Below are positions 10,101 to 18,057 of a DNA stretch of 64,000 nucleotides, piece after piece (the stretch's first letter is position 1; the number at the start of each line of letters is the position of its first letter). The stretch is from a phage. Both the position numbers and the translations under genes were made by a program. The DNA is taken from sequence record NC_111505.1. One strand, written 5' to 3'. Under the pieces are notes generated by a model. It was given only the letters and a program-made list of their open reading frames with translations. It did not search any database and had not been told where the DNA came from.

Positions 10101-10951
10101 AGAGGTTGCCACGAGGCTGTTTGCTGGTTCCACATACCCCAACGGCCTGCTGCATCAAGCTGCAAGTACCCTGCCGTGTTTAAATCATCTCCAGCACGGA
10201 TAACTGTTCTTGTTGGGTTGTTTGCCTCCAGGCGTTTAAATTCATCACGAAGTGCTATTCTTTTTGTTGTTGCTACACCGTTGGTTACTGCAATGGTATA
10301 CATGGCTCCTGAGGTAGCGCCACGGAAAATACCATCAACAGTTGTAGTATCACGACGAGATACCACACCGTTCAGAAATTTTTCACCAGCTGCTTCAGAA
10401 GGGTAGTTAGTGGTTCTTCCCTCTTCAATAACTGCAGGGCCAACAAAGTTGACAAGGTGAATGACATCGCCTACAGTATGCACAGTACCAAAATCTACCC
10501 GCTGTGCAAGCGCTTTAGCATCGTTGGCTGTCTGAACCGTAACATCCATTACATCCTGGACAGACTGCCCTTCAGCTGTCATGATCATAGATGCGCCAAT
10601 GGTAGACTCCAGCTCCTCCCTTAAGGACGGGTCTGTATATACCATCCATGCAGCATCGGTAATCCCACCATCAGCGTACGGTGAAGACAGTGCAGGAACA
10701 GTGTGCGGAAATTCGCCTTTCCAACGCAGGTAGAGGTCTTCCTCTTCGAAGTAGGCAAAATCCATTGGGCCGTTTAACTTACCACCTTCCTTAAAGGAGA
10801 TTACATGAGAAACAGTCCCATCCACATGGACAACATCGCCAATTTTTACACGACGGGTCAGGTCTGGTTGTTGAACAACCAGGTAATCATCCTCTGTCAC
10901 TGCGGTAGTGGCAGGAAGAGATTCAATTCTGACAACTTTAATATCAGCCAT
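7151..10951 (-). CDS. tail fibre with C-terminal intramolecular-chaperone (peptidase S74-like) domain
   Basis: 1266-aa ORF. C-terminal SSDRDLKDNIEVIP...MNGYTYTLK matches the auto-processing intramolecular chaperone motif of endosialidase-type fibres. N-terminal ~95 aa are homologous to the N-terminus of the 13586..14254 protein (DDYLVVQQPDLTRRVKIGDVV vs DDFLVVNQTDGTRKAKIDDVV). Confidence 0.65.
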   Translation of the reverse strand: MADIKVVRIESLPATTAVTEDDYLVVQQPDLTRRVKIGDVVHVDGTVSHVISFKEGGKLNGPMDFAYFEEEDLYLRWKGEFPHTVPALSSPYADGGITDAAWMVYTDPSLREELESTIGASMIMTAEGQSVQDVMDVTVQTANDAKALAQRVDFGTVHTVGDVIHLVNFVGPAVIEEGRTTNYPSEAAGEKFLNGVVSRRDTTTVDGIFRGATSGAMYTIAVTNGVATTKRIALRDEFKRLEANNPTRTVIRAGDDLNTAGYLQLDAAGRWGMWNQQTASWQPLAIEQGGTGARDAAGVRINIGAFYKQRAALEANFNINNLTGNQDGIYYQPMTANATEANGYPAGSGAGHLIVWQNNANGGTGCRQEYYPFSNVDVWYLRTYQANTNQWTAWQPMVRPRNDDTFRSHIGLGKNNSPAFGHLYLAQYSGDVKNASGILHGDKYDADGVLEHGYRIYSEVRNDNKTWLTVHLHKGAKGSETHRYLGFREDGVLDCPKYMQVGDLTGQLTNWGLGEWIRSSGAERGFWGSKKAAKMVVWDGGMDESGNGTLEWGVYNNRKAKWEPLPQAAGGTGATTLADAQNLFKVPIAAGVKDFLTLPRTAGMEDGKYYPIIVRTDPYYAPATGTDITLVTRSSSGGDPMNCATLQCHYRTGGWTDRGDSFYGVVNFYQNEKALLGMVAPTRGKQEYVAFYAEARAFPVSIYASRNVVEVFTREQDYQVGSVTNNQDGVKFVAPLQSADLNLAVLGDNNTNTRPIVDFKGTSGFYTGGGTQWHYIGTAERYAVMSKMNMPKVELWADGIDYLCYGSPRKALFSNAGFQCASDGTDDLTNGTFTSKCGNGAGLQGQAEFRSTPEAGQVIVRDVVGSAHRFYNFNKDGTFSAPGGFVCHTGADWNNQFGNNNPSKILAGNVNGPEGSMVVGGLSVAFSGNYAFQMAGRLDQLYTRSIEQGNHRAWNKVIQHRGQGLGTNDLNDYKGDREGFYHQEANAQATPDRNYPCSQAGTLIVYRNYANVPESCVQEYISYLGEKFLRYGTTIGGVFTWGHWQQLGGKGITLKTQGSNLEPEFTIHTGGGADVTNTSNMPSNTGRLYYWGNGADRKNVLEFQIGDNSTTGSWVFHCGAKADEAKSRYFAVNGAVVCTTVSQSSDRDLKDNIEVIPDALEAIRKMNGYTYTLKENGMPYAGVIAQEVMEALPEAVGSFVKRKEIEGPTQDGIPLMTEERFYNVDYAAVTGLLVQVCREQDDKITALEEQVKKLTEVVTELQEKLK

Positions 10952-10986
10952 TCTTTCTCCTGAAAGGGGGCAAACAGCCCCCTATG

Positions 10987-13584
10987 TTAAAGGTACAATC
11001 CACGGTATTGAGCATAAAGTCCCAGACCGCGAAGGATTTCGCCAGAGTGATAGCCTACCGGATCAGAAACTGCCCAGCAGCCGTTTAAAACATTATCCCC
11101 GTTAATGAAGTGGTGCTTTTGTAGTAACTTCACACAGGCTTCTACAACAATATCTATTTGAGGTATTGTCTCTGAATACCCGCAAAGACCTAGCCAGCAG
11201 CAACCTGCAAGCCATTCACCTACCACCCACATCCTGTCCCCTCTGTCTTGATAAGAATATCCACCAGAGGTGTTAAAGTCTGTAGGGAGATTTCCGGAAT
11301 GAGATGACTGGAATCTGTTGAGGAACCATGCCCATTTCTGGCAGAACAGGAACAGTCTCTCATCAACAGGTTCTTTATGTTTCTTAAGCTCATACAGTGT
11401 GCGGCACGCAGCAACAAAGGCTCTTGATTGGAGTTTAGAGTTATCTACCATCTCCCACCAACCAGTCAACCCCTCATTACCCCTCTGCCATACGTAGCGG
11501 GATGCAACTGGTCCTTCTGTTCTAAATGTGTTATTATACCAAACTTGGGAGTCGTACATAAATCCAATTGTATTTGCCAATCTTTGACGATCTATGTTTT
11601 CCGCACCCATACAGTAGACTACCGGATATTGCATGCCGGGATAGGGCCAATTTGGCCTTTCCTCTAGAAGATAATTCTCCTTATCTATCACCTTTCCGGC
11701 AGGGAACACACCCGGAGTGTGTCTGTATGCGCCTTGCTTGTAGTTTCTGACATAGCAATCACCAACCTTGGCTGTTGATTCTGTCTTGCTTGCCATCCAT
11801 ACACTAAACCAGATCATATAAGCATCTCTGTCTGCAACATAAAATTGCGGCAGCGTGTTGACGCAATACAGATCGAACAAGCCATTGCCTATCTGCCTGT
11901 CGCTCAGGCTGAAATCTACAGAGGTAATTCCTTTAGGGTTAGCAAAGAAAGGTTTAATCTCATCTTCTGTGTGATGAGGTTGTGTCGGGTCTAGTTTAAA
12001 ATCCCCTAGGGTAAGAGTTTCTGTTATCCATTGTCCGTTAGTGGCATATAGATCAGCATACCATAACCAACGGTCTTTGTCAAGAAATTTGACCCTTACC
12101 ATCTCATCATCTGATCGATAAGTTACTGAGTTTAAAGAGATCTCTCTTCCAAAATTGAAAGTTACCTTGCCTCTTGCTATGTTGCAACGGGTGAAGTTGT
12201 CGGAGTGGTTATAAATGTCGGTATCATACTGCATACTAACACTAGCGCCACCGCTTACGACAATGTTTTCCTCTTTTGGTAAGAGATACGGGTTACCATC
12301 TTTACCAACCACCTCTACGAAATCGGTAACCTTGGCAACTGTCTCTGTTACCTCTGCCCCTCCAAAAGGGACACCTATCCTATACTGTTTTTTGTTATTG
12401 TTGCCATCATTAAGAATGAAGTGTGGCTGGAACAGAACCCCTTCTCCTCCGAAATTCATAACAATTTCAGCATCTCTGCCTATCTTGTATGTAGTCCCTT
12501 TTTGGATTATTTCGCAAGGTTGGCGTGCGTTCATTCTAAAATTGATATACCCGTCACTGTCCCTGCTCATGACAGGAACTGTTCCTGCAACAAGACAAGT
12601 ACCATCTGTAAACGGTGCCTTAATCAACGTGGTCTTTCTAAACAGTTTGTCGTAGGCATTTATATCACTGAAATTAAGCAGCTTGTTGTAAGACTGCTTA
12701 AACGCAGTGTAATACTTTTCCTCACCTGTCAAGGTGTAGAGTTGATAACAAGCGTCACACCACATTTCTTCCCCGTCCAACTCTGGGGCTTGATTGTCTG
12801 CAACCACATTTATAGGATTTACAATTACAGGGGATCCAGCAGGTATCACCGATCCACCCTGCTCTTGTGGCAATCTCACACAGTAGGTTACCTTGTGACT
12901 TCCTGTAACACCCTTATCTTGTAATTGGATTGTGCCGAACTCTACAGACGTATGACCACTGTCGGCTATACTACCGTTAGCCCAATAGCGGTTACCATCC
13001 CATGCTATATACCACTCAACCCACCAACTTAATCCGGATGTTGTCCAATCTGGGTTAGCATCTGTGCCACCGTAAACATCGGAGTCTACAGTGTTTCTTC
13101 CTAACACACCGTTATACGCTTGGAATGCCTTGTCCAGGTATTCACCCCATGTTGGAGATCCTGCTGGAATTTTTCCTCTACCATTGGTAAAAGACACCAC
13201 CACATCTTTAAACCCACCGTGTGATGGAACCCCATCTGTGGATAGAGGGTAGTGGGACAATCTTTGCATTTTACTTTCTACTGCATATGCACCCAGAAGA
13301 TGACTATTGTAAGCTTCCCAAGCATCTTTTGCCCTATCCAGATAGAAATCGCTTTTCGATGCCCTATATGCTTCAATGTATCCCAGAATCAACACAGCTT
13401 GGGACTCATGCATTGCCCAATCATTATTTATCTTATTACCTGCCCACCCTGCAGCTATAAGACCATCAGGGTTTACTAGCTTATTTTGTGTAGGGGTGTT
13501 GGTAATACCTGTGTTGTTATCGAGGCACTTCCTGTGCCCCTCAATCATCTGAAATACGTTATCAATGTTGTGTTGAATACGCAT
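10987..13584 (-). CDS. putative tailspike enzymatic subunit (depolymerase-like)
   Basis: 865-aa ORF coupled to the adaptor gene upstream (stop-1 nt-ATG, RBS GGAG). Aromatic-rich sequence suggestive of a polysaccharide-degrading fold; lacks its own N-terminal anchor domain. Enzyme class is inference. Confidence 0.45.
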   Translation of the reverse strand: MRIQHNIDNVFQMIEGHRKCLDNNTGITNTPTQNKLVNPDGLIAAGWAGNKINNDWAMHESQAVLILGYIEAYRASKSDFYLDRAKDAWEAYNSHLLGAYAVESKMQRLSHYPLSTDGVPSHGGFKDVVVSFTNGRGKIPAGSPTWGEYLDKAFQAYNGVLGRNTVDSDVYGGTDANPDWTTSGLSWWVEWYIAWDGNRYWANGSIADSGHTSVEFGTIQLQDKGVTGSHKVTYCVRLPQEQGGSVIPAGSPVIVNPINVVADNQAPELDGEEMWCDACYQLYTLTGEEKYYTAFKQSYNKLLNFSDINAYDKLFRKTTLIKAPFTDGTCLVAGTVPVMSRDSDGYINFRMNARQPCEIIQKGTTYKIGRDAEIVMNFGGEGVLFQPHFILNDGNNNKKQYRIGVPFGGAEVTETVAKVTDFVEVVGKDGNPYLLPKEENIVVSGGASVSMQYDTDIYNHSDNFTRCNIARGKVTFNFGREISLNSVTYRSDDEMVRVKFLDKDRWLWYADLYATNGQWITETLTLGDFKLDPTQPHHTEDEIKPFFANPKGITSVDFSLSDRQIGNGLFDLYCVNTLPQFYVADRDAYMIWFSVWMASKTESTAKVGDCYVRNYKQGAYRHTPGVFPAGKVIDKENYLLEERPNWPYPGMQYPVVYCMGAENIDRQRLANTIGFMYDSQVWYNNTFRTEGPVASRYVWQRGNEGLTGWWEMVDNSKLQSRAFVAACRTLYELKKHKEPVDERLFLFCQKWAWFLNRFQSSHSGNLPTDFNTSGGYSYQDRGDRMWVVGEWLAGCCWLGLCGYSETIPQIDIVVEACVKLLQKHHFINGDNVLNGCWAVSDPVGYHSGEILRGLGLYAQYRGLYL

Positions 13585-13585
13585 C

Positions 13586-14254
13586 TTAGATAGCTCCTGC
13601 GATAATCAGTGCCCCGTACCAAGTTAGCCCGTTGTCGTAGGTTTCCAACTTGAAAATGTCTGTTGCACCAGCTGTAAATGTTAGGATAGGATCTCTTCCG
13701 TAGGACCATTTAACATTACCAGGCCAATAGACTTTGTTGCCGCCAGAGGTCTGAGTAATGCATACGGTTATGGTTCTCGCCACCCCTTCAAGACCTTCTG
13801 TTTGATTTTCAAAAGAGATTGTGGTATTTGAAGTTAGTCGAACCTTAAAGGTATCCGCAACTTCAAGATCCATATCAAGCTGACCACCGATAGATCCGTA
13901 ATCAACTATTCTGCCAGAAGAAGTTGCAGCAAGCTCACCAAAAACAGACCAGGCATTTGCAGACACACCCCCAGCACCCTCTACAGTGGAGTCTGGGAGG
14001 ATTATTTTAGGATAATCCCCGTTCCACGTGTAGTAGCGCTTAGTTTCTGGATCATAAGCAAAGTCCTTCTTGCTCTTAAGATAACCACCCTCTGTGAAAT
14101 AGACTATCTTAGTAATGCTAAGATCGTTGACAACATCGTCAATCTTAGCCTTTCTTGTCCCATCAGTCTGGTTGACAACCAAGAAGTCATCACTCAGGAC
14201 TGTTTCTGCATCTTCAAGATCTGGAATTGGTATTGTAGGATAAGCTACAGCCAT
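13586..14254 (-). CDS. tail fibre adaptor protein sharing the N-terminal anchor domain with the 1266-aa fibre
   Basis: 222-aa ORF; N-terminal ~95 aa align with the N-terminus of the 7151..10951 fibre. Confidence 0.5.
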   Translation of the reverse strand: MAVAYPTIPIPDLEDAETVLSDDFLVVNQTDGTRKAKIDDVVNDLSITKIVYFTEGGYLKSKKDFAYDPETKRYYTWNGDYPKIILPDSTVEGAGGVSANAWSVFGELAATSSGRIVDYGSIGGQLDMDLEVADTFKVRLTSNTTISFENQTEGLEGVARTITVCITQTSGGNKVYWPGNVKWSYGRDPILTFTAGATDIFKLETYDNGLTWYGALIIAGAI

Positions 14255-14263
14255 GATTTCTCC

Positions 14264-14980
14264 TTAGTTAACATCAATAGCACGACCAGACTGGTTGGCA
14301 ATAGCCTCATCATTGGAGGTAGCAATAACACCAGAGTATTCGCGCTCATCTGGAGCAAGCGTCCAGGTATTGCGGTTAATGGTTTGTTCTGCCTCAGTCA
14401 TCAGCAGATCTTTATCCTGAGTCAACAGAGAGCCTACAGGGATCGGGTTTTCCATCTCAGGACCAGCATACTGGTTCCACCATGTGGCATCTCCGGTTCT
14501 AGGCAATCTGAAGTTGATCAGATAGTACAGTTTATTAGCCCACTTAATCCAACCCTCATCATCACAAAGAGAGGTTGTCCCAGAATCAGGCTGTGGGTAG
14601 GTGAGCTGATCAAGACCTACGAAGGCCAGCCTTACAATCTCGTTCTCTTTGGTAACAACCTCAAAGAACGCTTGGTATGTTCTCGATCTTCGATCCATGG
14701 TAGACTGGAAGTTTATGATGTTTAGCACATCCGGCTCTTGTCTTGCCACTTCCATAATCTTGTTATCAAGAACAGTCTTCATGACCTTCTTACTGAGAAA
14801 GTCCATATAAGGGAAGCCAAACAGCTCGTCAAAGTACCAGCTCCCCTTCCACGTATTAAACCTCATCCACAAGCGCTGGCGCAGACTTACCTGGTTTGAA
14901 TCTATCAACTCAAGACCTTTGTCTATCGCCAAATCTCCTGTTTGTGGGTCCATCAATATATCACTATAAAGCGTAGCCAT
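14264..14980 (-). CDS. baseplate wedge protein (gp25/gpW-like N-terminal region)
   Basis: 238-aa ORF directly downstream of the spike gene; N-terminal segment (DLAIDKGLELIDSNQVSLRQRLWMRFNTWKGSWYFDELFG) resembles gp25/GPW-type baseplate proteins. Confidence 0.4.
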   Translation of the reverse strand: MATLYSDILMDPQTGDLAIDKGLELIDSNQVSLRQRLWMRFNTWKGSWYFDELFGFPYMDFLSKKVMKTVLDNKIMEVARQEPDVLNIINFQSTMDRRSRTYQAFFEVVTKENEIVRLAFVGLDQLTYPQPDSGTTSLCDDEGWIKWANKLYYLINFRLPRTGDATWWNQYAGPEMENPIPVGSLLTQDKDLLMTEAEQTINRNTWTLAPDEREYSGVIATSNDEAIANQSGRAIDVN

Positions 14981-14992
14981 GAAAGCCCTCTA

Positions 14993-15670
14993 TTAGTGCG
15001 GTCCACTTGTCTCGCCATCAGGGCAAGAGTGGGTATGACCTTTATATTCTGCATAGAATGAATCCAAATCCACACCAGCAGCAGTTATAATTCTACCAGA
15101 TGGGTCTATTGTGGCACCATTCATTCTGATATTTCCATCCACAGCAGCTCGCAAATTGGCAGCCCCGTTAGTGAAAGAAAACTCCCCACTGCTGTCGCAC
15201 CGTAATGTCCCACCCGGTGTTTGAAGCTCAAAATCGCCAGAAGGTGTCAGTTTAAAATAAACCCTATCATTCCATAACTCTACGTTATCAGGATCAATTT
15301 GTAAAGCGTTCGAGTCTGAATGAACAGAGGTGATTGCCCACCCTGGAAACAGGCCGTGAGTTTGTTGATCGTCGTTATTGTTTTCATTCCTCTCTGAAAA
15401 CTGCAATCCTACAACATCTCCGGCCTTAATAGGGAGTGTTAACCTTGCCTTTCCGCTGTTTGCAGACATCACCTGAATCGGAACGTCATAGATAAGAGGG
15501 TATCTCTCCACATCTCCGTCATCAAACGTGGTTTCAGCTATTGGCTGCACGGCTGCAGAAGGTATACTGTAGTCAACACTGACAACTCTGGCCCTGATAC
15601 TGGTGTGGTAGTCCCTCATTATTTTTTCTATAAAGGATCTTACAGCAGCATCTTTCCTATTTATTGCCAT
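14993..15670 (-). CDS. baseplate central spike protein (gpV/gp45-like)
   Basis: 225-aa ORF with C-terminal HTHSCPDGETSGP apex motif characteristic of P2 gpV / Mu gp45-type spikes; size and position fit. Confidence 0.5.
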   Translation of the reverse strand: MAINRKDAAVRSFIEKIMRDYHTSIRARVVSVDYSIPSAAVQPIAETTFDDGDVERYPLIYDVPIQVMSANSGKARLTLPIKAGDVVGLQFSERNENNNDDQQTHGLFPGWAITSVHSDSNALQIDPDNVELWNDRVYFKLTPSGDFELQTPGGTLRCDSSGEFSFTNGAANLRAAVDGNIRMNGATIDPSGRIITAAGVDLDSFYAEYKGHTHSCPDGETSGPH

Positions 15671-16674
15671 TATACCTCCTCAGTTTTGTCAACAACTCCA
15701 CCTACTGTTTCCCCAAGACCAAGCTCTGTAGTGTAATCACCACCTTCTATGGTGCCCTTATGATGCACCGTGATCACCTTATAGAAGCCTGTATATTGAT
15801 TGCTTTTAAGATAAATAGTGGACTCTGGGAGGATAGCTCCGTTAAGGCATGTGGTTACAGTAAGGCCAACATCCTCTCTCGGGTTTTTCTTTTTCTTTTT
15901 AGATGTCGAACCACCTTTGGCAGCAGCTTTAGCTTTTCGTTTTTTAGCAGGTTCTGGGTTTTTAGGGGTAGGTGATCCGTGCATCCCAGACTCTGCACTT
16001 ATTTCAAACACAGAGTCCTTGAACCTTTTTCCAACCTTGGTCCAATATAAAGCACCGTCCTGAACGCTGAATGTTGAGTTTGTCAGCCTTGCAAACCTGC
16101 GGAGGTTTTCTGCGGTGTTTCCGGAGAAAGCCATAGAGTATTGCAAAGTCTGGTTTCCAAAACCAACAACCCTACCTTTTGGCAAGTTCATATCCTTCAG
16201 CAGGTCATTAAGCACAGAGTTCAGAGGTGTGCCTTTCTGATAAGATCTTGTGCTCTGGCACTTAATGATGTTCTCAGTGCCATCCCCAAAGATGAACTTA
16301 GTTTTTCTGGTCGGACCTTCCCACCTGTCTTCAACAAACTCCACAGTTCCGGAGAATATCAACTGGTTCTCATTATCATAGCCAGCTTCAAACATAACTG
16401 CAAGGGCATCAGCCTGATGCATATCCAGATAGTTAACTGTATCGTCAGACAGGTTGTAAACTGTCACATAGCCTTTGTTTGGCTCTTTGGTATTATCCTT
16501 TTGTATGTCAAACTCTATATTGGCAGCACCAGTGTCCGAGCTAATCTCATAAACTCCGGAATCACTCTCCCCTTTCTTTTCAACAGATTTTGGGATATTG
16601 GTTTTTGATTTGCCGCCATGTTCTACAGGACGACCAAATAGCAATCGCCATGTTCTACGTCTGTACTCTGCCAT
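15670..16674 (-). CDS. hypothetical baseplate/tail protein (hub-like position)
   Basis: 334-aa ORF immediately upstream of the spike gene; contains a Lys-rich linker (PAKKRKAKAAAKGGSTSKKKKKNP). Confidence 0.4.
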   Translation of the reverse strand: MAEYRRRTWRLLFGRPVEHGGKSKTNIPKSVEKKGESDSGVYEISSDTGAANIEFDIQKDNTKEPNKGYVTVYNLSDDTVNYLDMHQADALAVMFEAGYDNENQLIFSGTVEFVEDRWEGPTRKTKFIFGDGTENIIKCQSTRSYQKGTPLNSVLNDLLKDMNLPKGRVVGFGNQTLQYSMAFSGNTAENLRRFARLTNSTFSVQDGALYWTKVGKRFKDSVFEISAESGMHGSPTPKNPEPAKKRKAKAAAKGGSTSKKKKKNPREDVGLTVTTCLNGAILPESTIYLKSNQYTGFYKVITVHHKGTIEGGDYTTELGLGETVGGVVDKTEEV

Positions 16675-17054
16675 TATTCTAACCCTTGCTGTTCCTTGTA
16701 AAGATCAACTGGGGTACCGTATACAAGTTGCAGCTCAGATCTTGCTCCAAGGTTGTATCTTCCAACCCTTCCCCAATATTGATCGTCTTTAAACGACAGC
16801 ACCATCAATCTACCTTTCGGTAAATCGTCTCTGTAATGCAGTCCGTCTAGAATATCTTGACAAGCTGTTACTTTTCTGGTTACTAAAGGACTGTCACCTA
16901 CCGGACCAAGAGATAACCACCAGGACTCATCCCTCTCATTCCATTGCATACGCATTTCATACGTCTCATTGTCTAAAACAACACGCATGGTTTGATCAGG
17001 AAAGCCGTCAATGTCCCACACAAAGGTGATTATGCACCAATCTTTAAGCTCCAT
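16674..17054 (-). CDS. hypothetical tail protein
   Basis: 126-aa ORF in the tail block, shares its boundary nucleotide with the downstream gene. Confidence 0.4.
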   Translation of the reverse strand: MELKDWCIITFVWDIDGFPDQTMRVVLDNETYEMRMQWNERDESWWLSLGPVGDSPLVTRKVTACQDILDGLHYRDDLPKGRLMVLSFKDDQYWGRVGRYNLGARSELQLVYGTPVDLYKEQQGLE

Positions 17055-17066
17055 TACACGCTCCCC

Positions 17067-17978
17067 TTATTTTCCGTTAACTTTGTTGTAGTTCCCCTGC
17101 TCAGATGGGACTATGGTAGAAGGTCTTCCATATTCCTGATAATACCAATCCGCAGCAGATTGGGTAACACCGTTTTCATCCGTCCACATCATAGATTTGT
17201 ATGGCTGCCACTCTTCTGCAGCATTTGTGGATGCAGTGTCTGCAAATGCCCCTGTGTCCCTCTTGTTACCTACGTTACTGCCATTCTTACAGTCGTTGAC
17301 AGCACCTTTTTGCTGGGTCTTGCCCACTTTCTTAGGGTTGCTGTATACAGTTGCATTAACAACCTTGTTCAAGTAGAATGTGCGGAACTCTGTAAGTTCT
17401 ACATCAAACACCATCGCAGCACCTTCACCAACAGACTTGTTGGCAGAAAGGCTGGTTATGATGTAGTTCTCAAGGAGTCTCTCCTCGGTAACCAAAGAAA
17501 CCAACTGGCGCTTATTAATGATCTCAGTCAAAGCCTCCAGTGCAGCGCCCGGTCGCATAGATGCTGCAGGGTTTTTAGAGTCAGTATTCCTGTCAATGTA
17601 GTTTTGCTCATAGATTATATGTGGTGATGTATTTACCCTACCAGTAAAAGAAAATACACCATCTTTAATTACAGCGTGGTCTGACAGGGTAGATTTATCT
17701 TCCACCGCAAAATCAGTCTTATCAACCGTATGTTTGAAAGAGTAGTTCTCAATCTGATCGAAGATGATGGCAAGATCGTTAGTAAAGTTTTTACCCTTCA
17801 TCTCCGTATTGCGACCACCATAGTTAAGACCGCTGACAAACATAGTGTATTTTACATCGCTTTCAGTTTGCTGCTCTGCCTTTTCAGCCTTTGGAGATTT
17901 AACCTCTTGAGGCTTGTACAGGTCTTTTTCATCAACTATATTGCTTGGCATAACCTCTCCAGGACACTCCGATACCAT
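17067..17978 (-). CDS. hypothetical tail protein
   Basis: 303-aa ORF, first gene downstream of the tape measure gene. Confidence 0.45.
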   Translation of the reverse strand: MVSECPGEVMPSNIVDEKDLYKPQEVKSPKAEKAEQQTESDVKYTMFVSGLNYGGRNTEMKGKNFTNDLAIIFDQIENYSFKHTVDKTDFAVEDKSTLSDHAVIKDGVFSFTGRVNTSPHIIYEQNYIDRNTDSKNPAASMRPGAALEALTEIINKRQLVSLVTEERLLENYIITSLSANKSVGEGAAMVFDVELTEFRTFYLNKVVNATVYSNPKKVGKTQQKGAVNDCKNGSNVGNKRDTGAFADTASTNAAEEWQPYKSMMWTDENGVTQSAADWYYQEYGRPSTIVPSEQGNYNKVNGK

Positions 17979-18019
17979 CTAAATATTGTATCATAAAATA
18001 GCCGTTTTTACAACACCGA

Positions 18020-18044
18020 TAAAATAAAGGGGGCCGGAGCCCCC
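18020..18044 (-). terminator. rho-independent terminator after tape measure gene
   Basis: Hairpin GGGGGC-CGGA-GCCCCC (18029..18044) with a minus-strand U-run (plus A-run 18020..18028), just 3' of the gene ending at 18058. Confidence 0.45.
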
Positions 18045-18057
18045 TGTGTGCTGTTTA

